Of a stretch of DNA of 32,560 nucleotides, positions 10,101-16,417 are shown in pieces (position 1 is the stretch's first letter; each line of letters starts with the position of its first letter). Source of the DNA: Rhodospirillaceae bacterium (lineage in GTDB: Bacteria > Pseudomonadota > Alphaproteobacteria > UBA11073). The stretch spans positions 1-32,560 of the forward strand of contig DPZW01000045.1 of NCBI GenBank assembly GCA_003536545.1. The letters are read 5' to 3'. A program made the translations under genes and the position numbers. The notes beneath the pieces were generated by a model that worked only from the letters and a program-made list of their open reading frames with translations, made no database searches and was not told the DNA's origin.

Positions 10101-10218
10101 TATTTGGATATTCGCGAATGGTCAGACGATCATAAGCCACCACACCCAACAGAATAATGATGATGTTAATAACAATCGCAAGAACAGGGCGGCGAATGCA
10201 AAGTTCTACGAAATTCAC
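7159..10218 (-). CDS. RND efflux transporter permease (HAE-type, AcrB/MdtC-like)
   Basis: It is 1019 aa with the 12-TM, two-large-loop RND layout. The TM4 motif AIGLVVDDAIVVLEN is of the hydrophobe/amphiphile type, not the CusA/CzcA type. It starts at GTG 10218, overlapping the adaptor gene stop in GTGA. Confidence 0.95.
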   Translation of the reverse strand: MNFVELCIRRPVLAIVINIIIILLGVVAYDRLTIREYPNIDVPVVTVATTYRGASASIIESQVTKPLEDSLSGIEGIDFIKSISRSENSQITVQFRLDRDADNAAADVRDRVARARDLLPDEVDEPVTSKVEADAQPIIWMAVSSDQHDALQVSESADLIVKDRLQTIPGVANVLLFAERRYAMRINLDPEKLAAYDLLPATVEAAIRAQNIEIPAGRIESTDREFTVLAQTDLNTPEEFQNIVIKQAGTHSVRIRDVATVGLGPLEERQIARFNGKPTIALGVIKQSVANPLEISKSIRAILPDLNTVLPTGMKAEIAYDSSVFIDASIKSVFHAIFEAIGLVLITIFLFLRSGRATLIPMATLPVTLIGTLAVMYAFGFTINTLTLLAIVLAIGLVVDDAIVVLENSYRHIERGLDPLHATVKSMREITFAVIAMTVTLAAVFAPIGFSTGRTGKLFTEFALTLAGAVLISGVVALTLSPMMCAKLLKDHDASDAGWSRAIDHFLRWLDTSYKWTLRRVLRASRVVGIAVLLVILGAAALFTTIPQELTPSEDRGIIFAISLAPEGGSLAYSDRYVQMMEGIFNEQVKEKAWNFVAIGFPFVTQSFYVMGAKDWGDRSRTTMDIVAQVSPMLFGIPGTLNFAVNPPSLGESPTSRPVEFVIQTTGDYQHLNETVNKVMAEMAKNPGFVQPDSDLKLNKPELRITMDRDRLAQLGISVDVVGRTLETMLGGRQVTRFKQKGEQYDVLVKMDDARRQTPNDLLSIQVPTAQGAMVPLRSLVSLRETVAPRELNHFDKLRAATISANLMPGLVLGDALKFMEETTKKVDPAAMVTYGGVSREFKLSSSSLAFIFILALAFIYLVLAAQFESFVDPIIILLAVPLAISGALLTMKLTGNSLNIYTQIGLITLMGLIAKHGIMIVEFANQLQDQGLEKAQAVLHAAAVRLRPILMTTCAMVLGAVPLAFAVGAGAESRSAIGMAIVGGMSFGTLFTVFVVPALYVLMGQQRRAVVIDESRLI

Positions 10219-11474
10219 GGAGTGGTTTCCCCGGAATCTTCTGATGCAGGTGCAGCTGTTTCATCAGTGGGCGTTAAAGCTTCGGGGATAACGGGCTCTG
10301 CTTCCATTTCAGTGGGCACTGCGGCTGTTGGCTCCGTTGCCTCTGGCGCGATGGCTGCGGGTGTGTCTGTTGTTGCAGCAGCGGGTTCAGCTGCTGCAGG
10401 CTGGGCACCAGGTGGTGGCAAAATTTGTACTTTGGCACCGGGGGCAAGCTTCATTTGCCCCGCAGTCACCACGGTTTCACCTGCGGATAATCCTTCGGTA
10501 ACTTCAACGCGGCCAGCCTGGCGCAGGCCTAATTTTACTGGACGCGGTTGCACTGCGCCATCTGCACCCACCACCATAATCAACTGTTGATCACCCATGG
10601 GCACAAGTGCGCCTTCCGGGACCAGCAATGTATCTGACTTTTCTGCGACGGTTGCAGAAATATTTACAAACCCGCCCGGACGTAATTTTCCATCCGCGTT
10701 ATCAGCACGGGCAAGAACACGCATCTGGCGACCATTCATATCAATGGATGGTTCGGTTGCAACAATTGTACCTTCAAATTTTTCACCCGGCGCAATTTCA
10801 CTGGTAAAGCTAATCGCCTGCCCGGCAGAAACCATCGCAGCTTGTTGCTCTGGCACTGTAAATTCAATGCGTACATCATCGGCGCGCGTTACCATCACCA
10901 GTTCCTGGCCCGGCTGCACGTAATCACCCAAATTCACGCGGCGAATACCAATTCTGCCGGAAAACGGAGCTTTGACTGTTGCTTTATCGAGTGCAACTGC
11001 GGCGGCGCGTTCATTTGCAATGGCAATTTTTTCATTCCCGGCAAACTGGTCCAGCTCTGTGGCTGCAATCGCGCCCGAACCTGCCAGTGGCTGCATGCGC
11101 TGCATATTCTGGCGCGCAAGACTTGCACTCGCCTGCGCCTGCTCAAAATTTGCGCGCGCGCTGCGGGCATCAATTTCAATCAGCGGTGCACCGCTGGAAA
11201 CTCTACCGCCTTCTTCAAATAATATCTTTTCAACACGACCGGCAATTTCAGCTTTTAATATTGCTTCGGCATCAGCAGAGATCGTGCCAGTGGCATTGAG
11301 AACAATCGCCAAAGCTTCAGGTTGCACGGTTGTGCCTTCAACCGGCATTGCAAAACCTGCCATGCCGCCACCACCCGCGCCCCCTGCGCCGCCGACGATA
11401 AAATGTTGATAAGCATACCAGCCGCCATAACCAATGACTGCCAGCAAAATAAGTGTGAGAATGGTTCGCATCAT
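10215..11474 (-). CDS. RND periplasmic adaptor subunit with a Gly-rich N-region and a 67-aa Pro/Ala/Thr/Glu-rich tail
   Basis: It has an N-terminal TM, lipoyl/coiled-coil/beta-barrel order, and typical MFP segments (ATVKAPFSGRIGIRRVNLGDYVQPGQ). It is translationally coupled to the RND gene. Confidence 0.9.
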   Translation of the reverse strand: MMRTILTLILLAVIGYGGWYAYQHFIVGGAGGAGGGGMAGFAMPVEGTTVQPEALAIVLNATGTISADAEAILKAEIAGRVEKILFEEGGRVSSGAPLIEIDARSARANFEQAQASASLARQNMQRMQPLAGSGAIAATELDQFAGNEKIAIANERAAAVALDKATVKAPFSGRIGIRRVNLGDYVQPGQELVMVTRADDVRIEFTVPEQQAAMVSAGQAISFTSEIAPGEKFEGTIVATEPSIDMNGRQMRVLARADNADGKLRPGGFVNISATVAEKSDTLLVPEGALVPMGDQQLIMVVGADGAVQPRPVKLGLRQAGRVEVTEGLSAGETVVTAGQMKLAPGAKVQILPPPGAQPAAAEPAAATTDTPAAIAPEATEPTAAVPTEMEAEPVIPEALTPTDETAAPASEDSGETTP

Positions 11475-11483
11475 GTGGCCATA

Positions 11484-11512
11484 GATATAGGTATATTATG
11501 GCGTGAGGGCAA
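11484..11512 (-). promoter_or_regulatory. candidate promoter directly upstream of the RND adaptor gene
   Basis: The minus strand reads TTGCCC (11512-11507), 17 nt, TATATC (11489-11484), 9 nt, then ATG (11474). No Shine-Dalgarno sequence is visible in the 40-nt spacer. Confidence 0.25.
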
Positions 11513-11514
11513 GC

Positions 11515-12594
11515 CTACTCCGGCGGACGCATATTCGGCTGCAAAGGCTGCCCTGTGGCCTGCTTTTGCCGAATCTCTGCCAGCGTTAAGCGTGCATTAG
11601 CGGCACGCTCTGCATTGGCGGGGTGAGTCGATGCGTAGCGGATGCTCTCCGGATTCTGTTTTGAAAATTTCTCAATCACACCAATCGCTGCTTCGGGCGG
11701 CAGACCAGCAAGTTCGGTGATATACATGCCGACATAATCCGCCTCGCGTTCAAAGTCCTGGCTATATTTCATCACACCCATACTCGCGCCGATGTTACCG
11801 AATTTACCCCCGGTATTCACGCCTTGGCTGTTTGCAATTAGATCAATGAGCGTACCGCCAAGCCCGCCCACAGCCGCATTATTTTGTGTTTTGCTGACGT
11901 GTTCCAGAATATTATGCGCGAGTTCATGTCCGGCAACGAAGGCCAGCTCATCATCACTCAGCAAATTCATTAAGGGCAACGTAAAGTGCAGGTCTTTGCC
12001 ATCTGCATAGGCATTCAGTTCCTGCGTATTGTTTTCCACAACCAGACCAAAACTGCAGCGCGGCACAGGCTGCAGGCGCACACGGATAAGATTGCTCACG
12101 CCCTTGCGCTGAACCTGTAACGTCAAAGGCTTGTTATTTTTTGCGGCTGTGGTGAGGAGAGAGACGAGGGTTTGCAATCCCGGTGTTCCATTCCCAATAG
12201 ATGTGGTATCCACCATCTGAATTTCATCGCCGTATTGGATATCATTTTTCTCACCGGATGCCTTTACGGCGAGTGGACTGGTGATAGTGACAGGCGCATT
12301 TTGATAGCTGCGCACCCCCAGCAGGAATGAATTTTCAATCCGGTTGCCGCAATACGGAGCTGCTGCTGTTAAAATGCGGCCGGCTATCATCGCCATGCGA
12401 TCTTCGGGTGTATAGCGAGAATCGGTTAACTTGACCGGCGTGTAACTGGCGGAAATATTTCCAGCCTTTGAAATTTTATCAAGGCGCGCGGCTTCATCTG
12501 CCACAGATTGTTGATCTGCCCGCGAATATTGTGTGGTTGTTCCTGCACAAGCCGTAAGCGTAGCGATTAATAAAATTGCAAAAATTTGACGCAT
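11515..12594 (-). CDS. M48-family zinc metalloprotease lipoprotein with an internal PDZ-like segment
   Basis: It has a lipobox (LTACAG). The zinc site is HELAHNILEH, followed by EREADYVG and THPANAER, in the M48 (BepA/LoiP-like) order. The RBS is GGAGAAAC. Confidence 0.85.
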   Translation of the reverse strand: MRQIFAILLIATLTACAGTTTQYSRADQQSVADEAARLDKISKAGNISASYTPVKLTDSRYTPEDRMAMIAGRILTAAAPYCGNRIENSFLLGVRSYQNAPVTITSPLAVKASGEKNDIQYGDEIQMVDTTSIGNGTPGLQTLVSLLTTAAKNNKPLTLQVQRKGVSNLIRVRLQPVPRCSFGLVVENNTQELNAYADGKDLHFTLPLMNLLSDDELAFVAGHELAHNILEHVSKTQNNAAVGGLGGTLIDLIANSQGVNTGGKFGNIGASMGVMKYSQDFEREADYVGMYITELAGLPPEAAIGVIEKFSKQNPESIRYASTHPANAERAANARLTLAEIRQKQATGQPLQPNMRPPE

Positions 12595-12650
12595 GAGTTT
12601 CTCCAGATAGAATAACGTATGATGAAGGTAAATGCTACCAAACCGGGAAA

Positions 12651-12821
12651 TTAATGGCTATGGGCTTTTGTTGCAGATGTTTTTCCGTCCATTTTCTGAC
12701 AGCAATCCATTGTGCAACTTTCCATCTTTTGACAGCATGGCATAGGGCATTGGGCCCCTGGCAGCATCGTGGCGCAAGCAGATAAGAAAATCATCGGGAC
12801 GAAGAGGAGCAAAGCTTTCAT
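12651..12821 (-). CDS. 56-aa Cys/Met-rich micro-lipoprotein (putative metal-binding)
   Basis: ATG 12821 is preceded by AAGGAG (12829-12834). The sequence is MKALLLFVPMIFLSAC-ATMLPGAQCPMPCCQKMESCTMDCCQKMDGKTSATKAHSH. The longer ORF-track start (12884) runs into tRNA-Phe and is rejected. Confidence 0.6.
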   Translation of the reverse strand: MKALLLFVPMIFLSACATMLPGAQCPMPCCQKMESCTMDCCQKMDGKTSATKAHSH

Positions 12822-12839
12822 GAGGGTTCTCCTTAAAAA

Positions 12840-12915
12840 TGGTGCCTGGGATTGGAATCGAACCAACGACACAGGGATTTTCAATCCCTTGCTCTACCGA
12901 CTGAGCTACCCAGGC
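12840..12915 (-). tRNA. tRNA-Phe (anticodon GAA), CCA encoded
   Basis: The minus strand reads GCCTGGGTAGCTCAGTCGGTAGAGCAAGGGATTGAAAATCCCTGTGTCGTTGGTTCGATTCCAATCCCAGGCACCA. It folds as a cloverleaf with anticodon loop TTGAAAA and closely resembles bacterial tRNA-Phe. Confidence 0.95.
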
Positions 12916-12937
12916 ACGAATAAACCTTGAGCTGGGG

Positions 12938-12967
12938 GTTATAGCGGACCCCCCCGCCTCTTGTCTA
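12938..12967 (-). promoter_or_regulatory. candidate promoter for tRNA-Phe
   Basis: The minus strand reads TAGACA (12967-12962), 18 nt, TATAAC (12943-12938). The -10 box ends 22 nt before the mature tRNA 5' end. Confidence 0.35.
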
Positions 12968-13005
12968 GGATTGTTTTAAAAAACCTCGAAACTCTAGAAC
13001 TAACA

Positions 13006-13968
13006 CTATGGCCCTAGTGGTGCGATCCTTACCGGCGCGCCAACCTGCGGCACAGGATAAGCCGGATCTGTGAGCGCAGGATTCGCGCGCAATGTTGCCA
13101 GCATCGGCACTGCTTGACCGCGCGTGAGGGTTGAACTAGAGCGCGTGGTCAGAATATTCGTCCCAACCGGCGCCTCAAAAAAGCTTGCGGTTACTTGCGC
13201 GGGAAATTCCGCACCAAAGTCTTCCTTGGGATCAAAGCCAAGCTCAAGTGATTGCCTGCCGAATGCGATTTGAACATTCCGGCCTTCCTGCCCGCGCAAG
13301 AAATCCAGATATTCAGGCGTCGTACAAATTTTTGGATTCTGGAAATTATCGACTTCCACAACATGCGGAACATCCGGTGGGGAAGTAATAATGTCATCGA
13401 TATTTTCAACTCTTTCGAAAACATTTAGTTCGATACCCCGCTGGCGTGTCTCTTCATTCGCGAATAACAACAGTCCCTTTGGCAATTCCTCGTATGATCG
13501 GAATTGCGAGTCGCGTGAATTTGTTGTGGTCAACCGATACAATTCCCTGATATCCGGCTTTATATACGAAAATTCATGGCCGTTTACACTGCCGCAGACA
13601 ATATCGCCGCTTTCAAGCAAGGCGACATAAAAATCTTTGCGGTGGTTGTTTTCCGCGCCTACATGTTCCTTATCCTTATCGGGCCCCGAACAATTAACCC
13701 CCACTAAAACGCGGTCTGGTCTTTCCGCGCCGTGAATCAATTCAGACGCAGCAAAACCGATTTTAATGGTGCTGAGGCCAGGATCGACAGCCACTTGCGC
13801 ATCACGCAAACCTGTCAAACCGCACCATTTCGTGTAAGCTCCCAAAACTTTACGGCGCGCATTAGTATCTGCAGTATCGGTAATTTGTGTGATACCGACA
13901 CTGGTATAAGGAATTACCGAAGTACCCTTCAGAAGGTCTTGAGCGTAATTGCCTAAAGTAGAAGCCAT
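13006..13968 (-). CDS. hypothetical protein; possible divergent SAM hydrolase / SAM-dependent halogenase-family (DUF62-like) fold
   Basis: It is a 320-aa ORF from ATG 13968, with GGAG 9 nt upstream; the ORF-track start at 13986 lacks an RBS. Several segments are collinear with my recollection of DUF62 motifs (details in findings). The coding call is solid. The function is low confidence. Confidence 0.75.
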   Translation of the reverse strand: MASTLGNYAQDLLKGTSVIPYTSVGITQITDTADTNARRKVLGAYTKWCGLTGLRDAQVAVDPGLSTIKIGFAASELIHGAERPDRVLVGVNCSGPDKDKEHVGAENNHRKDFYVALLESGDIVCGSVNGHEFSYIKPDIRELYRLTTTNSRDSQFRSYEELPKGLLLFANEETRQRGIELNVFERVENIDDIITSPPDVPHVVEVDNFQNPKICTTPEYLDFLRGQEGRNVQIAFGRQSLELGFDPKEDFGAEFPAQVTASFFEAPVGTNILTTRSSSTLTRGQAVPMLATLRANPALTDPAYPVPQVGAPVRIAPLGP

Positions 13969-14081
13969 AAAAAAATCTCCGCACATTTGTTATGCGGCGA
14001 CAATAGAATACGGAGGAAAAAGCCCGCACAGCCACAGTCACCACGTTGTTATGGGACTACGATTACTGGCGGATGACCATT

Positions 14082-14140
14082 GGCCGTAGCGCTTTAGCTT
14101 TATTTTACGTGAAGCAAGCTGCCCCTCAAATCCCACGGCC
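14082..14140 (-). ncRNA. candidate structured leader RNA (H-type pseudoknot, SAM-II-like appearance)
   Basis: The minus strand reads GGCCGU GGGAUUUGAGGGGC AGCUU G CUUCACG UAAAAUA AAGCU AAAGCGCU ACGGCC. An outer 6-bp stem (GGCCGU/ACGGCC) competes with a pseudoknot made of CGUGGG/CUUCACG plus AGCUU/AAGCU. The pairing is seen in the sequence. The class assignment rests on recalled consensus only. Confidence 0.3.
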
Positions 14141-14191
14141 CGGTGCATTTGCACCCTGCAAAACGAATATATGGAAGTGGCCGCTAGAATG

Positions 14192-14746
14192 TCAAATATT
14201 TTCTAAAAGGCCAGCTGTTTCCATCAGTGGCAAACCCACGATATTTGAATAATTACCGTTAATGGCCTTCACAAATGCCTCCGCGCGGCCCTGGATGGCA
14301 TAGGCCCCTGCCTTGCCCTCCCACTCGCCTGACGCGAGATAGCCGTTGATTTCAGCCTCACTGAGGCGTTTGAATTGCACAACGGTTTCCACCAGGCGTG
14401 ATCTGGCTTTCTGATTAGCCATGACGCAAACAGCCGTACAAACGCTGTGGCGGCGACCGGATAATAATTTCAGCATGCGCGCCGCGTCTTTGGCATTAAC
14501 AGGTTTTCCCAAAATGCGGCGGCCCACCATCACGATGGTATCTGCAGCCAACACCACATCATTCGGATATTTTTGTGCCACCAAAGCTGCTTTTTCATCT
14601 GCCATGCGTTTGACGTAAGACAACGGCAATTCCGTTTTGCCTGGCGTTTCATCTATATCAGCAGGAATAATTTTTTCTGGCGTAATGCCAATTTGCGCGA
14701 GCAGATCGCTGCGGCGCGGCGAAGCGGATGCGAGGATCAGCCCCAT
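14192..14746 (-). CDS. maf: Maf-family nucleoside triphosphate pyrophosphatase (septum formation inhibitor-like)
   Basis: The N-terminus is LILASASPRRSDLLAQIGI. It contains the GKAGAYAIQG motif. It lies 1 nt downstream of infA. Confidence 0.9.
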   Translation of the reverse strand: MGLILASASPRRSDLLAQIGITPEKIIPADIDETPGKTELPLSYVKRMADEKAALVAQKYPNDVVLAADTIVMVGRRILGKPVNAKDAARMLKLLSGRRHSVCTAVCVMANQKARSRLVETVVQFKRLSEAEINGYLASGEWEGKAGAYAIQGRAEAFVKAINGNYSNIVGLPLMETAGLLENI

Positions 14747-14747
14747 T

Positions 14748-14966
14748 TTATTTATAACGGAAAATAACGCGGCCCTTGGTCAGGTCATAAGGCGTCATTT
14801 CCACGCGCACGCGGTCACCCACCAGAATACGAATACGGTTTTTACGCATTTTACCACTGGTATGCGCGAGCAGCATATGATCATTTTCAAGTTTCACGCG
14901 GAACATGGCATTGGGCAAAAGCTCAATCACCTGGCCGTCAAATTCAATAAGATCTTCTTTGGACAT
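14748..14966 (-). CDS. infA: translation initiation factor IF-1
   Basis: It is 72 aa: [72 protein letters not shown]. This is an essentially consensus IF-1 S1 domain. Confidence 0.97.
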   Translation of the reverse strand: MSKEDLIEFDGQVIELLPNAMFRVKLENDHMLLAHTSGKMRKNRIRILVGDRVRVEMTPYDLTKGRVIFRYK

Positions 14967-15005
14967 GCGTGGTTTCTAGCGGATTTAGGGGGCGGGCGGC
15001 AAGGC

Positions 15006-15809
15006 TTATTCCTTGTCGTTCAATATGGCCAGCAATTTGGCATGGATTTTGGGATTTGCGGCCAGGATATTATCCGTATAGGGCAGCTTGTCTTTTGCGC
15101 CATCATGAGTTGTCACATAGCCGCCGGCCTCCTGGACGATCAGCATACCTGCGGCGACGTCCCAGGCCTTTTGTCCGCGCTCAACAAAGGCTTCAATTTT
15201 TCCGGCAGCAACATAGGCCAGCGCGAGCGATGCACAGCCCAAGTTACGCTGAGCGGCGATATTCGCGACGATCTTTTTAAATTGCGCCTGCGGCAATCCA
15301 ACCGGACGGCGGCCTGAAAAATAGCAATGCGTATAAACAACCGCTTCATCCAATTCGCGGCGACCGGAAACGCGCAGGCGTTCCGCGTTCATATAGGCCC
15401 CTTGTCCGCGTTCTGCCCAGAACATTTCATCGTTGATGGGATTGAATACAATGCCCGCAATCGGTCTGCCTTTATAAACCAGCGCAAGCGAAATCGCCCA
15501 GAATGGAATGCCATGCATAAAGTTGGTTGTGCCATCAACAGGATCAATCACCCACACATAATCTGGATTTTTACCTTTGCGCTCGCCGCCTTCCTCGAGC
15601 AAAAAGCCGTAATCCGGGCGTGCTTTGGAAAGCTCTTCAAACAAAATTTTCTCAGATTTATAATCCGCATGCGTGACAAAATCGCCCACACCTTTTTTGG
15701 TGACCTGCAGCTTTTCAAGCTCGCCAAAATCGCGCACCAGTGCGCGACCTGCCTTTTCAACAGCGCGGACCATAACGGTCATATTCGCAGAGCGAGCAGG
15801 AGCCACCAT
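15006..15809 (-). CDS. suhB: inositol monophosphatase family protein (SuhB-like)
   Basis: IMPase motifs are present: LLEEGG, WVIDPVDGTTNF and AWDVAAG. Its start overlaps the efp stop in TAATG. Confidence 0.88.
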   Translation of the reverse strand: MVAPARSANMTVMVRAVEKAGRALVRDFGELEKLQVTKKGVGDFVTHADYKSEKILFEELSKARPDYGFLLEEGGERKGKNPDYVWVIDPVDGTTNFMHGIPFWAISLALVYKGRPIAGIVFNPINDEMFWAERGQGAYMNAERLRVSGRRELDEAVVYTHCYFSGRRPVGLPQAQFKKIVANIAAQRNLGCASLALAYVAAGKIEAFVERGQKAWDVAAGMLIVQEAGGYVTTHDGAKDKLPYTDNILAANPKIHAKLLAILNDKE

Positions 15810-16372
15810 TACTTTGCACGCTCAATGTAAGTGGAATCTTCCGTGCGCACGATGATTTTTACACCTGATTCAATAAACGGCGGCACCATAACCTTGACAC
15901 CATTTGATAGAATGGCGGGTTTATAGGATGACGATGCCGTCTGGCCTTTGACAACCGGCTCCGCTTCCACAACTTCTAATGTCACTGTATCCGGCAATGT
16001 TACAGATAATGGACGACCTTCATAACTTTCAATTTCAACTTCCATCCCATCTTGCAGATAGGCGGCCTGGTCCCCCATGATATCTTTAGGCACAGAAATC
16101 TGTTCGTAATCTGTTTTATTCATAAAGGTATAACCGCTGTCATCGCCGAACAGGAACGTGCATTCAATCTGGTCGAGACGGACGCGCTCCACCATTTCCT
16201 GGGTGCGAAAACGGAATTCCATTTTATTGCCGGTACGGACATCGCGCATGACAAGCTGGGACACAGATGCCCCCTTGCCCGGCTGGTTAATCTCGTTCTT
16301 CACGACGACCATTAATTTGCCTTCATGCTCAACCACGTTGCCGCCGCGAAGGGTAATTGCTGCTACTTTCAT
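15809..16372 (-). CDS. efp: elongation factor P (Lys-type modification loop)
   Basis: It is 187 aa with the three-domain EF-P layout. The loop reads QPGKGASV, with the conserved Lys, and the C-terminal PPFIESGVKIIVRTEDSTYIERAK segment is present. Confidence 0.97.
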   Translation of the reverse strand: MKVAAITLRGGNVVEHEGKLMVVVKNEINQPGKGASVSQLVMRDVRTGNKMEFRFRTQEMVERVRLDQIECTFLFGDDSGYTFMNKTDYEQISVPKDIMGDQAAYLQDGMEVEIESYEGRPLSVTLPDTVTLEVVEAEPVVKGQTASSSYKPAILSNGVKVMVPPFIESGVKIIVRTEDSTYIERAK

Positions 16373-16417
16373 AGGACTCTCTTGTGTTTTTCTATCCGTG
16401 GCTTAATAGCAGTAGGC

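Noticed and set aside
11515-12821. The Cys-rich peptide as a RiPP precursor, with the M48 protease as leader peptidase and the pumps as exporters.
   Set aside because: No modifying enzyme (radical SAM, YcaO, lanthionine synthetase and so on) is present. The N-terminus is a standard Sec/lipobox signal rather than a RiPP leader. I kept it only as a minor alternative inside the findings.
12822-12884. N-terminal extension of the Cys-rich ORF (MKIPVSLVRFQSQAPFLRRTL...), and likewise the 23553-23654 extension of secE.
   Set aside because: Both extensions are translations of the tRNA-Phe and tRNA-Trp genes themselves. Internal ATGs with proper RBSs give sensible proteins.
2130-12915. A genomic island integrated at tRNA-Phe, which is a classic integration hotspot.
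   Set aside because: There is no integrase, transposase or plasmid/phage gene. I spotted no direct repeat of the tRNA 3' end by eye. Composition looks like the flanking core genes. A computational search for a repeat of the last 15-25 nt of the tRNA would be needed to exclude it fully.
14141-14156. The palindrome GGTGCAtttGCACC just downstream of maf as the maf terminator.
   Set aside because: The stem is short with a very small loop, and on the minus strand it is followed by GGGCCGUGGG rather than a U-tract. It may still be part of the structured leader discussed in the findings.
16325-16417. The upstream ATG that would lengthen epmA by 31 residues.
   Set aside because: It would overlap the efp start head-on by 48 nt. 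It adds Cys/His-rich residues with no similarity to EpmA, and the MAWWQP... start aligns with known EpmA N-termini.
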